Made by a program: the position numbers and the translations under genes. The notes beneath the pieces are model-generated. The model was not told the origin of the DNA. It worked only from the letters and a program-made list of their open reading frames with translations, and searched no databases. Below, piece by piece: positions 36,778-46,509 of a DNA stretch of 64,000 nt (positions within the stretch are counted from its first letter, which is position 1; every line of letters starts with the position of its first letter). The DNA comes from a virus (Duplodnaviria; Heunggongvirae; Uroviricota; Caudoviricetes): positions 71,124 through 135,123 of the IMG/VR virus record IMGVR_UViG_3300021256_000055; one strand, 5' to 3'.

Positions 36778-38678
36778 TTAGTATAGGAATAACTATTTGT
36801 GATAAGGACTTTCATAATTTAGACTTTCTTCTTCAACAAATTAAAGAAAAAATAAAATGCAGTTATGAAATTATCATCATAGATAATAGAGAGCAACTTA
36901 AAGAAGAAAAGACTGCATGGCAGCCTACTTTTCAATTTGGGTATAATGCTTATCAGTTCACGGCAAGAGCAAAAATTATTGAGTTAGCTAAAGGTGACTA
37001 TATTTGGTTTATAGATGGCGATGATGAAATAGCTGATGTAACCAATTTTAACTATAAAGAGGATATTATTGTATTTTCCTATAATGATTATCCTAATGGT
37101 GACCATTACTATAATGAGCAAGTCTTAAAAGAAAATTTTATAAATTATGATATATTTCGTGAAATTGGTCCTACTTTATGGAATAAGTTTATAAAGAAAA
37201 GCCTCTTTAGTAAATCCTTTATAGAAAAATATAAATCAAAAACAATCGTACATAATGAAGACTCAATATGGCTCTATGAAGCGCTTATACATGCTAAAAC
37301 CATTAGAGAATCAAACAATTTAGTTTATTACCATAAAGAGGGGTACTCTAATAAAATTGGAAAAATTTCTTATGAAGACCTAGTACACTTAACCACTGGA
37401 CTTAAAGAATCTATAGAAATTCTTTCAGAAATACCAAATAAAGATATTAGTGAAAATATAATTAAGAATACTTATGCCTACTTAGGAACGTTTATTTCTA
37501 ATAATACAGACTTAGAAAAATCATTAAAGTTACTTATGGACTTAATTCCAAAAGATGACTTTAAGGAAGTTTTACAAACAAATATTTATTCAGAATGTCA
37601 ATCATATAGGCAGATGCAAAAGGTTATAGATATTGTTAAAGAACGCTATGGTGAAGAATTTCCATTTAAGAAAAGTGTCTGTAAAGTAACTTATGAAGAT
37701 GGGCATATAGAAGATTATGAATTTACGAATACAATAGAATTTGATAATATTGAAGAAACTCCTAATGGAACATGGAACCATACCTTATCAATTATATGCT
37801 TAGTATATGATGGAAATAAACAATTCCTTGCTAAATGTACATCTATGATTAATGACAATGTTCAAGTACCGCATGAAGTTATAATTGTAGATAATCGTGA
37901 TGATAAGTCCGATAAATTAAATTATATTGGAGACGCTAAAATTGTTGAAGCTAAAAAGAATATAGGAATTCTTGATGGAAGAAGACTTGGCTTTGAAGCG
38001 GCAACAAGTGATTACATATGGTTTGTAGACATAGACGACTATATTTTGCCAATAGATAATAATAATTATGGTGATAATGATATAATTATTTTCCCTTATT
38101 GCTTTAATGGTACTCATACATACAATCGTATTGGAGTATTTGAGAATACTGAATTCTTTACAGAATCACTTTATTGTATTATTAACCCATTTTTCTGGAA
38201 TAAATGGATTAAGAGAGAAATTCTAAAAAAAGCTTATAAAGATATACCACATTTTTTCTGTATATATAATGAAGATAATATTGTAACATTTACCGCTTTT
38301 AAGTACGCTAAATATGCTGAAATATTTGAAACATCTCCAATTTATACGCATGTAGTAAATAAATCTTCAACTACAACTAAACAGATTGTGGATGAAAAAT
38401 CAATTGATAAACTTTTTATAGGATTTGATCAGGCATCACAATATTTCCTAACAAATTTCGAGTTCTGTAAAGACCTAACCTATAAACCAAGACATGTTAT
38501 AAACTTTTATCTAGATGTTATGAATAATGCAGATGATATTGTTTTAGAGTACTTTGCAAACAAGCTGGTATCATTATTTGGTCAAGATAGAGTAATTCGG
38601 GCTATAGAATATATGAAACAAATAGAAGAATCAGCCTATAGCCGAATTGAGAAATATTTTTATAAAAATAATTCTTAA
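36774..38678 (+). CDS. Glycosyltransferase family 2 with two tandem GT-A domains
   Basis: IIIIDN...GDYIWFIDGDD and VIIVDN...SDYIWFVDIDD; both with LWNKF/FWNKW and (H/Y)NED. Confidence 0.88.
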   Translation: MISIGITICDKDFHNLDFLLQQIKEKIKCSYEIIIIDNREQLKEEKTAWQPTFQFGYNAYQFTARAKIIELAKGDYIWFIDGDDEIADVTNFNYKEDIIVFSYNDYPNGDHYYNEQVLKENFINYDIFREIGPTLWNKFIKKSLFSKSFIEKYKSKTIVHNEDSIWLYEALIHAKTIRESNNLVYYHKEGYSNKIGKISYEDLVHLTTGLKESIEILSEIPNKDISENIIKNTYAYLGTFISNNTDLEKSLKLLMDLIPKDDFKEVLQTNIYSECQSYRQMQKVIDIVKERYGEEFPFKKSVCKVTYEDGHIEDYEFTNTIEFDNIEETPNGTWNHTLSIICLVYDGNKQFLAKCTSMINDNVQVPHEVIIVDNRDDKSDKLNYIGDAKIVEAKKNIGILDGRRLGFEAATSDYIWFVDIDDYILPIDNNNYGDNDIIIFPYCFNGTHTYNRIGVFENTEFFTESLYCIINPFFWNKWIKREILKKAYKDIPHFFCIYNEDNIVTFTAFKYAKYAEIFETSPIYTHVVNKSSTTTKQIVDEKSIDKLFIGFDQASQYFLTNFEFCKDLTYKPRHVINFYLDVMNNADDIVLEYFANKLVSLFGQDRVIRAIEYMKQIEESAYSRIEKYFYKNNS

Positions 38679-39397
38679 TAATCTATAAAGGAGTCCATGT
38701 CCATATAGATAGAATAATGTAAGTGAGGTCCCGTAGAAGTTCCGGATCCTCTTCGGCCTTTAACACCTCCAGACCATCCAATCTCTTTACCCGCTTTTAC
38801 ATAGTCGCCTTCATGCACTTCTGTAAACGATAAATGCGCATATAAAGAAATTGTACTATCAGGATGTTTGATAATTACTAATCCTCCATAAGCAGAATGT
38901 CCTTTATATTTATATGGTCCATTATAATAAGATGGCCAAACTTCAGCAATATATCCATCTTTAGTTGCATATACAGGCGTTTTATCTGGACAAGCGATAT
39001 CCCATCCATTATGCCATTTACCAGAAGTACTCATGCCACCTGTATCTACTGCTGATATTGGTGAACGTAAACCTTGTGGGCTTGTCTTATAACCCATATA
39101 TTTTTTTGGTAATGGAGCAATAAACTTTATAATTTTTGGGGCATCTTCACCAACTAGAATAGCATCTGTTGTCTCAGGTACAAATTGTTCTTCAGTAATG
39201 GCAAGCAATTCCTCATCTGTAATAAGTTCAGGGCTTTCAATTTCTTCATCTGATAACCTAATTCGTGATCTGTCTTTAACAATGCTTGCGCTAACAAAAC
39301 CAACTGAAATAATTAATAAAAATAGACTTAGTATACCAACTACAATTATTTTGTGGCTTCTAAGCCTATCACCAATAGTTAATCCATTTTTCTTCAT
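38675..39397 (-). CDS. M23 family metallopeptidase with N-terminal membrane anchor (cell-wall hydrolase/endolysin candidate)
   Basis: HNGWD (HxxxD), TPVYA, YAHLS, STGPHLHY; hydrophobic helix near N-terminus. Confidence 0.9.
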   Translation of the reverse strand: MKKNGLTIGDRLRSHKIIVVGILSLFLLIISVGFVSASIVKDRSRIRLSDEEIESPELITDEELLAITEEQFVPETTDAILVGEDAPKIIKFIAPLPKKYMGYKTSPQGLRSPISAVDTGGMSTSGKWHNGWDIACPDKTPVYATKDGYIAEVWPSYYNGPYKYKGHSAYGGLVIIKHPDSTISLYAHLSFTEVHEGDYVKAGKEIGWSGGVKGRRGSGTSTGPHLHYSIYMDMDSFIDY

Positions 39398-39410
39398 GAT
39401 ATCCTCTTTC

Positions 39411-39444
39411 TAAAAGAAAGAGGGACTAGCAATGCTAGTCCCTC
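39411..39444 (-). terminator. Intrinsic terminator upstream of the M23 peptidase gene
   Basis: gagggactagc-aat-gctagtccctc 11-bp stem, U-rich tail on minus strand. Confidence 0.8.
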
Positions 39445-39479
39445 TCGTCTAAACTATACATATGTAAATATATTAGCCG

Positions 39480-40505
39480 TTATTTGCATACTTCACAAAA
39501 AACATTTTCATCTAGATGCTTTAATACCGCGTTTCGCATCCAGTCGATATCCTTAAGTTCTACAGGTGTAAAATTATATAAATCTGTGCCTACATTAATA
39601 CCGTTTCTTTTATATCTATTTTTTTCATGAATATGTCCAAAAAGATAAAATCTCTTATCATCAATTTCTTTATTCTTTAGTGGATTTATAGGTTCATGCC
39701 TAAGATAATATGTAAAATCTTTAGATTTAATAGTTACTTGGTCATTATCAGATATTTCTGCATTTTCTGGAAATTTAGATTTTCCATCACGTTCATAATT
39801 ACCAAAAATAAAATGTAAATTACCATTCAAACATTTTGCGCGATTTTCATCTCCAAAATCCCCAAGAATATATACATCGTCATTTGGCCTAACATTTTTA
39901 TTCCAATTTGAAATAATTTCTAGATCCATTTCTTCTACATTCTTAAAAGGCCTTTTAGAAAACTCTAAAGTTCTTTCTGCGCCAAAATGAGTATCAGAAG
40001 TAAGCCATGTTTTTCCTTTTTGCTCCAAATCATAAGTTACATCCAATAACATATCTTTTAATGTAGTATATACTTTTTTTCCGGCTTCTTCAGCTTTTAT
40101 AGCGATATACCTATTAGCATTCTTTGTTTTAGAATTTTCTGGAATACCAACATAAACACGTGGGCTACGAATCCATTCGCCAATTTCAAAATTAGATGTA
40201 AAACCTGGAAACTCGTCAGAACGTTCAAGCCAAAAAACAATAGCTGAAGCTTTTTTCATTGCTTCATGTTCCCAACTTGTTTGCTTTGTAAGGTCTTTCA
40301 CTTTATCATAGTTTTTATTTGTTGGATTCAAAGTATATCCATTAAAGCCCATGTCTTCTAGTAGGCTGTATGCTTCATTACGCCATTTATCACTAGCCTC
40401 ATAATCCTTTCTTGGGCAGGGACCGGCAAGAAAAATAGCATTTTTTACCTCTGATAAATCCGTCATATTACCTTTTTCATCAGCGGGTATAATTTTTGTA
40501 AACAT
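39480..40505 (-). CDS. Fusion: nucleoside 2-deoxyribosyltransferase-like domain plus calcineurin-like metallophosphoesterase
   Basis: IFLAGP..WR..TLNP..WEHEAM..IVFW..SNFEIG; then SDTHFG, LGDF, GNYE, RHEP, FGHIH, INVG. Confidence 0.85.
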   Translation of the reverse strand: MFTKIIPADEKGNMTDLSEVKNAIFLAGPCPRKDYEASDKWRNEAYSLLEDMGFNGYTLNPTNKNYDKVKDLTKQTSWEHEAMKKASAIVFWLERSDEFPGFTSNFEIGEWIRSPRVYVGIPENSKTKNANRYIAIKAEEAGKKVYTTLKDMLLDVTYDLEQKGKTWLTSDTHFGAERTLEFSKRPFKNVEEMDLEIISNWNKNVRPNDDVYILGDFGDENRAKCLNGNLHFIFGNYERDGKSKFPENAEISDNDQVTIKSKDFTYYLRHEPINPLKNKEIDDKRFYLFGHIHEKNRYKRNGINVGTDLYNFTPVELKDIDWMRNAVLKHLDENVFCEVCK

Positions 40506-40571
40506 TTATATACCTCCAAAATTATATTAGCACACAAGATATAGTTAAAATGGTACAAACTAATTTATATT

Positions 40572-43202
40572 ATGAAACTAGTATTTAATGAGATAACAAC
40601 ACCAGGAACAAGCATAGATGTATCTTTTGATGGTGGTAAAACTTGGTTAAACTATGATGTAGAACAGCTACGTCAAAATAATAATGAGATTCACTTTACT
40701 GAGGAACAATGTCCTGACTTAACACAAATTAAAATTAAAGGCCGATTTAAGACATACTCAGATGTGGATGTTTTATATAATCCTAGCACTATTGTTTCAG
40801 TAGCAAAACCAGAAGGTGGCGCCGCTTATACTTCGGATGCCATTATAAATTATGTTGGTGACCAGATTGGAAACCTAACTACAGATAAAATCGGAGCAGT
40901 AGGTTCCTATATTGATTCTATCCAGGAAAACAAAGGTATTATCTCCGCTAGCCATAAAGCCTTTGATACCATAATCAATAAAGATTCCACAAATACTAGT
41001 GTTCCTTCTTCTAAAGCTGTTTATGATGCACTTCAGTCTCTTGGAAATCTTTATACTATAAAAGAAAGTGTAGCATCTAAAGATAATTTACCAAAGACAA
41101 ATAATAATGATGGTGATGTTCGTAACTGTAAAGATACAGGTACAAACTATGTATGGATAAATAATAGTTGGTCACCATTAGGCGGAACAAATGCTATTTC
41201 TGCGTTAGACTTCGCAGGCGCAGTTGCTGATGGTGTTAGTAGGGAATTTATTACACAGGTTACACAAGATGATGGTTTAGTACATGCTACTAAAGCATTC
41301 CTACCTACTGCATCAGAAGAATACTTAGGTATTGTAAAATTAAATGATAGTGTAGCTAGCTCTTCTAAAACAACTGCCGCAACTGCAAATGCTGTTAAAA
41401 CCGTAAATGATTCGCTTATAACAGAAATTGCAAATCGTAAATCAGCAGAGGCCGTAATAAAGGTAGACCTTAAAAATGAAGTCGCTGACAGAAAAAATGC
41501 TATTAGTAGTATTTCTTCCGTAAATAATACCGCAATTAAGCAAGCCCTCGCTAACATTTCTGGGTATACTAATAACACTCGTCCAGATGTAAATAGAACT
41601 GTCTACGCATTTACTCAGGAAAATGGTAAAGTAACAATGATATTTAAGGATATAGAAATATCTCAAGATCAGGTTACGGGCTTAAAAGACGCTTTAGCTA
41701 AAGAAATCTATGACCGAGACGTCGCAATTACTACCGCTATAGATAGCTTAGATAGTAAAAAAGTTGGTAAAGATGGTAGTTACATTAAGTACGTTGAACA
41801 AGAAAATGGTATTGTTAAAGCAGAAATTAAGTCATTTGATGGTCAATTAAATGCTTTATCTGATACTACAAATGCGCCAAATTCTAAAGTTGTATATACT
41901 GCAATTATGGATGAATCCAATGCCAGAGACGCTGCGGATAAAGCTGAGGTAACCGCTAGAAATAAAGCAATTAATGACGCTATTGAGCTTCTAGACGTAG
42001 AAAGTGTTGGTTCAGATGGCTCTTATATAAATACAATTAAAGAAACAAATGGTAAAATTTCCGCAACTAAAAAAGCATTTGATAAGTCTATCACATCTAC
42101 GGCTACTGATAATAATGTACCAACTACAAAAGCGGTTTATAATGCTATTCAAGCATTAGGAAATGTATATAATATTAAGTCACCAGTTGACAGTTTTGAT
42201 GCGTTACCAGTTAAAGGTAACATTCCAGGTGATGTTCGTGATGTTAGAGATACTGGGGATAACTATGTATGGACAGGCGATGCGTGGGATAGATTGGGTG
42301 GTACAAATGCTATAAATTCATTAAATTATGGTGGAGCGGGCGCAAGCGGTACATCTACCGCATTTATAACTCAACTTACACAAACAAATGGTAAAGTTTC
42401 CGCTACAAAGGCAAACTTGCCGATATCCTCAACTGTAGTAGCTGGTATTGTTAAATTAAATGACACTCTTGATTCTGAGTCTGATACAGAAGCCGCAACC
42501 GCAAATGTAGCAAGACTTATTCAAAAAAATCTAAATAGTGAAATAGATGATAGAAAAAAATCAATTAGTGCATTAGATCATCAGCTAGAAAATACTAAAA
42601 AAACTATGTTACCTATAACGGGTGGCACAATGGAAGGAGATATTATCTTTAGTGCTACGCAAGAATTCCCAATTTCTGAGGTAAAGTATGCTAAAAACCT
42701 CTTACCTAGCGGAACTGCAGGATATGTATTAGTAAGTAATGGTACTGAAAGCTATCCTACCTGGCGTAGTATTACCTCTCTAATGTCAACCGGCAGTGAA
42801 ATCCTAGCGTCAAAATATAGTGTAAGAGTCGGCAAATTGTATTCAATACCTTTTTCAGAAGGCTTATATATATTATGCCTAGATGTATATGACTGGGTTA
42901 GTGAGACTACCACTGCATATAATTTAAAATTTAATAGTAGATTAGCAGAACGGCGAGAAAAGGGCATCTACAATTTACATAGTTTTGAAATTTCTTTTAA
43001 GAATGATAAGGGGTCAATCATTATAAGAAATTTGTCTAATGACATATACCAGGAACAAATTGACTTAGCAGACTCTGATAAGGGCTATGATAGTACACTT
43101 ACAGGTACTACAGTAATAAGACATAAATATCTCTGTTTTGATCATATATCGTCAGACCCCTATTTAGGAGATAACTATGTTAGTCGCATAGTTGTTCGCT
43201 AA
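40572..43202 (+). CDS. Tail fibre-like protein with large internal duplication
   Basis: Two GIVKLND...AATAN fibre repeats, two GDVR...TG.NYVW...LGG units, trimer-type coiled segments. Confidence 0.75.
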   Translation: MKLVFNEITTPGTSIDVSFDGGKTWLNYDVEQLRQNNNEIHFTEEQCPDLTQIKIKGRFKTYSDVDVLYNPSTIVSVAKPEGGAAYTSDAIINYVGDQIGNLTTDKIGAVGSYIDSIQENKGIISASHKAFDTIINKDSTNTSVPSSKAVYDALQSLGNLYTIKESVASKDNLPKTNNNDGDVRNCKDTGTNYVWINNSWSPLGGTNAISALDFAGAVADGVSREFITQVTQDDGLVHATKAFLPTASEEYLGIVKLNDSVASSSKTTAATANAVKTVNDSLITEIANRKSAEAVIKVDLKNEVADRKNAISSISSVNNTAIKQALANISGYTNNTRPDVNRTVYAFTQENGKVTMIFKDIEISQDQVTGLKDALAKEIYDRDVAITTAIDSLDSKKVGKDGSYIKYVEQENGIVKAEIKSFDGQLNALSDTTNAPNSKVVYTAIMDESNARDAADKAEVTARNKAINDAIELLDVESVGSDGSYINTIKETNGKISATKKAFDKSITSTATDNNVPTTKAVYNAIQALGNVYNIKSPVDSFDALPVKGNIPGDVRDVRDTGDNYVWTGDAWDRLGGTNAINSLNYGGAGASGTSTAFITQLTQTNGKVSATKANLPISSTVVAGIVKLNDTLDSESDTEAATANVARLIQKNLNSEIDDRKKSISALDHQLENTKKTMLPITGGTMEGDIIFSATQEFPISEVKYAKNLLPSGTAGYVLVSNGTESYPTWRSITSLMSTGSEILASKYSVRVGKLYSIPFSEGLYILCLDVYDWVSETTTAYNLKFNSRLAERREKGIYNLHSFEISFKNDKGSIIIRNLSNDIYQEQIDLADSDKGYDSTLTGTTVIRHKYLCFDHISSDPYLGDNYVSRIVVR

Positions 43203-43207
43203 ATATT

Positions 43208-43235
43208 AAAAGGCTAGGAGTTTTCCTAGCCTTTT
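43208..43235. terminator. Bidirectional intrinsic terminator
   Basis: aaaaggctagga-gttt-tcctagcctttt between convergent genes. Confidence 0.85.
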
Positions 43236-43257
43236 TAATTTAATCAAAAATTTTTAA

Positions 43258-43929
43258 TTAAATTGTAACTTTACGACCCTTATTTTTTGCATCCTTTGCA
43301 GGAGGCTGACAAGCCATAGCTTTTACTTTTTCTTCACCCAAAATCATAATCTGACGTTTGTGAACTTCATCATAATTTGGATAAACAACTGGATCTGTTC
43401 CCCTTGAATAAGAGTACTTATCTGGGAAGAAATATGCTTTTGCGCGAAGACGGAATCTTGTAAGCTGACGCTTTTCGTGTCCATTAAGGCCCATTGGACT
43501 GTCTGTATCTTCATAATACTTTACATTTTTCAATGCAAGGTAAAGACCAACAATTGGGCTTGGATATTTTTCATCTTCATCAAGCTTAGATACACCAATA
43601 AGAATTTTATCACCATCAGGAATGGCGACAATAGTTCCGGTAGGTTTACCACGAATAGTTGATACATACTTTGTACCATTTACATCGGATACTTCTTCTC
43701 CAATGTAAGCTGTACGAAGACGTTCAGACACATATTTTTTACCAGATTCTTCATACTGAATTACGTATTTATACGCTTCAATATTAAGCATAAGGGCTTC
43801 ATATGCGTCCTGTGGCATATCCATTTTTACGATTTCTTCCATTGAAAGCTCATTCTTCATGAACTTCAAAGCCAACTTTCTTATTACTTTAGAAGTGTAA
43901 TAGGGTGTTCTCTTTTTCATACTTTCCAT
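43258..43929 (-). CDS. Hypothetical protein
   Basis: 223-aa ORF with AAGGA RBS. Confidence 0.75.
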   Translation of the reverse strand: MESMKKRTPYYTSKVIRKLALKFMKNELSMEEIVKMDMPQDAYEALMLNIEAYKYVIQYEESGKKYVSERLRTAYIGEEVSDVNGTKYVSTIRGKPTGTIVAIPDGDKILIGVSKLDEDEKYPSPIVGLYLALKNVKYYEDTDSPMGLNGHEKRQLTRFRLRAKAYFFPDKYSYSRGTDPVVYPNYDEVHKRQIMILGEEKVKAMACQPPAKDAKNKGRKVTI

Positions 43930-43998
43930 AGTATGTTTTCCTTATATAAATTGGCTTGCTTGAATTTAAGCGCTTTGAAGCGCTTTCAAGCCAACTAG

Positions 43999-44553
43999 TT
44001 ACAAATAACAAACTCTTGCGTCTGAGATGTCAATTACATACTGAATATCACAACTTTTACAGCGCTTAAAAACCTTTTCAAAGTCTTCTTTATGCTCTTT
44101 TGAAAGTTTACTCATTTGTGTATACTTTTCACTCATCTCTTTAATAATAGGAATACCAGATTCTCTATTACCGGTAGTATCGGAGCGTTCAACTCCATTA
44201 GAAATATCAGCTTCTACGCGCTTCTGACAAAGTTCCCAATTTAATGAATCCTCAAAAAATAATAGGGTAACTTCAGAATTTTTAGACAAACGCTCAGCAA
44301 TAAATTTTAATCCTTTAGGACCACCAAGATTAGTATTAGTAATACAAATATCAGACTTATCCTTAACAGATTCTACAATACGATTACAAAGAGTCTTAAA
44401 TACTTCTTCATTTTTTGACTGATCACTGATATTTCCAGTAAGTTCTTTTCTAATGTCGTCCATACAAAGATTTTTATAATCTGGATACTTTTTCTGACAA
44501 AAAGTAGTTTTACCAGAGCCTGAACAGCCAATTGTGATAATTACTTTATTCAT
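43999..44553 (-). CDS. Polynucleotide-kinase-like P-loop kinase (AAA_33-type)
   Basis: IGCSGSGKTT, MDDIRKELTG..SDQ. Confidence 0.85.
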   Translation of the reverse strand: MNKVIITIGCSGSGKTTFCQKKYPDYKNLCMDDIRKELTGNISDQSKNEEVFKTLCNRIVESVKDKSDICITNTNLGGPKGLKFIAERLSKNSEVTLLFFEDSLNWELCQKRVEADISNGVERSDTTGNRESGIPIIKEMSEKYTQMSKLSKEHKEDFEKVFKRCKSCDIQYVIDISDARVCYL

Positions 44554-44554
44554 T

Positions 44555-45127
44555 TTATACCTTCACTCCAAGAATTTCTGGCCAAGTACGATCATCACGC
44601 ATATCATCTGTGACTTGTACACTCTTAGCTACTTCTTGTATAGCATAGATAGAATCCTCTAAAGAGGCATCCTTATCTGTTACTTCTAACTCAAGATAAT
44701 GATATCTTCCATTTACTTCTTCTAGTTCCATATGAACTAAAATTTTCTTTTCTTCCTTATTATCTTTTTTAATTGGAACTTCTCTAAAAAAAGACCAAGA
44801 ATTTTTTTCTTTATAAAAAAATTCTTCATAGCCAGAAGCAAAAAGTAAATTTTTTACTACTTTAATATCATCAACAAGAGTTTCCTCTTCTTCATTATAC
44901 TCATAACTTTTCTTAAAATTTTTATGCTTAAGAGTCAAATAAGATTTACCATTTTCTTCACGAATACGAATAACTGGCTCACCCTTAGCAATAGCCTTTT
45001 TTCTTGTTGAATATCTTGAATAATAAGAGTCTTTCTTAAAAAGATTTTCAGCTAACCTTTTAGCAAAAATAATGGAAATACGCTTAAAGTCTATTTCTGA
45101 CAAAGCATATTTTGTCTCAACTTCCAA
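44555..45127 (-). CDS. CYTH-family protein (class IV adenylate cyclase/triphosphatase-like)
   Basis: EVETK (ExExK), IRIR, LTLK, LELEV; GGAGG RBS with TTG start. Confidence 0.88.
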   Translation of the reverse strand: MEVETKYALSEIDFKRISIIFAKRLAENLFKKDSYYSRYSTRKKAIAKGEPVIRIREENGKSYLTLKHKNFKKSYEYNEEEETLVDDIKVVKNLLFASGYEEFFYKEKNSWSFFREVPIKKDNKEEKKILVHMELEEVNGRYHYLELEVTDKDASLEDSIYAIQEVAKSVQVTDDMRDDRTWPEILGVKV

Positions 45128-45235
45128 AATTAACCTCCAAGGAAATAAATCCTTATATTAAATTAGCTAAGCTAAAATTAAATGAAATACTCTACTTCTA
45201 TTATAATATGTATATAGTAGAAGTAAAGTATATTA

Positions 45236-46498
45236 TTACCATTTAACCTCAGCTTTTACGCCAAGTGCTTCCTTAAGAGGTAAATAAACCTCATTATAGC
45301 CTTTTTTAGAAGAAATCATTCTTTCTTTTAATTGTTCAACAACAGGTTTTCCATCAATAGCGCTGAAATAAACATTCTTCAAAGCTGGCTTAACTTGGTT
45401 ATTTACAAACTCTGCAAAATGTTTACGATTATGACGAGAATCATTTTCCCATACATCAATAGCATAAGCTACCTCAGCATCAAGTTTTTTATTAAACTCA
45501 ACCAACTGATTTACCTGAGCTTCAATTTTATCTTTAAGCTCTGGCGCATTTGGAAGAATATCGTCATGCTGCTCAGAGATAACTAATCGCCAAATGCCTT
45601 CAGGATTATCATTGTCGCGAACAAATTTCATATTAAGGTATGATGGTGACTTCATTTTTACACGAGTCCAAGTTTCTTCATCAACAACAACAAAGCCCTC
45701 ATTAGCAATACCATTCATTTTAGACAGCGCTTCAAGAATATCCTCTGGCTTATTAAGGTCCCAACGTTTTGGAATTGCAAAAGGAATATTAAACATTTTT
45801 GCTACTTCTTCTGGGCTATGTTCAATACCCCACTGGTCACGAGCACCATGGAACCAAAGTTTAGCTTCAGAGTACTTTACAATAATACGATTCTGTGGTG
45901 AAGTAAGCTCAAACATTAAAGTCCAACCATCTGGAATTTTGTTAATCCAATCCTCATCTACATGGAAATCAATTCGCTTTCCAGTATTATCTTTAATAAT
46001 TTCAGTTTTAGATTTTGGTGAATCCGCAACAATAGCTGCAGCTACCAAATCAAAATAATCTTTAACAGTATCTGTCTCATAATCAATCGGAGTAAAAAGG
46101 CCAGTACCACCATTAGTTACCCAGTAATCGCGACCCTTATACTTAAAACACTTAAGTAATTGACCATCAATTTTGTCCTGACACTTAAGCTTTTTAGATG
46201 CCCAATTAATTTTATCCGCATGTACATCATTAATATCAAAAAACTTAAGATATGGTGCGCAAATTACATTTACAGTACCGTCATCAAGAACTTCAACAAC
46301 AGTACCACGACACTGCTTTACGATTTTATTGCTCAAATCAGACTCAAATAAATTATAAACCAGCATGGTCCAATTTGGATGATATTCAAAATCTTTTACA
46401 GCTTGCAAATTATATGGTGCTTTCTTAAGCTTATCTTTCCAAGCTTTATTCTTAAAATTCTTTTTTATAAACTCTTCAAGTTCCTCAAAATTCTGCAT
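45236..46498 (-). CDS. RNA ligase 1 (T4 RnlA-like)
   Basis: KIDG motif I, MFEL, EGFVV, RVKMKSPSY; KQCRGTV...CAPYLKFF. Confidence 0.9.
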   Translation of the reverse strand: MQNFEELEEFIKKNFKNKAWKDKLKKAPYNLQAVKDFEYHPNWTMLVYNLFESDLSNKIVKQCRGTVVEVLDDGTVNVICAPYLKFFDINDVHADKINWASKKLKCQDKIDGQLLKCFKYKGRDYWVTNGGTGLFTPIDYETDTVKDYFDLVAAAIVADSPKSKTEIIKDNTGKRIDFHVDEDWINKIPDGWTLMFELTSPQNRIIVKYSEAKLWFHGARDQWGIEHSPEEVAKMFNIPFAIPKRWDLNKPEDILEALSKMNGIANEGFVVVDEETWTRVKMKSPSYLNMKFVRDNDNPEGIWRLVISEQHDDILPNAPELKDKIEAQVNQLVEFNKKLDAEVAYAIDVWENDSRHNRKHFAEFVNNQVKPALKNVYFSAIDGKPVVEQLKERMISSKKGYNEVYLPLKEALGVKAEVKW

Positions 46499-46509
46499 AT
46501 TTAATCCTC

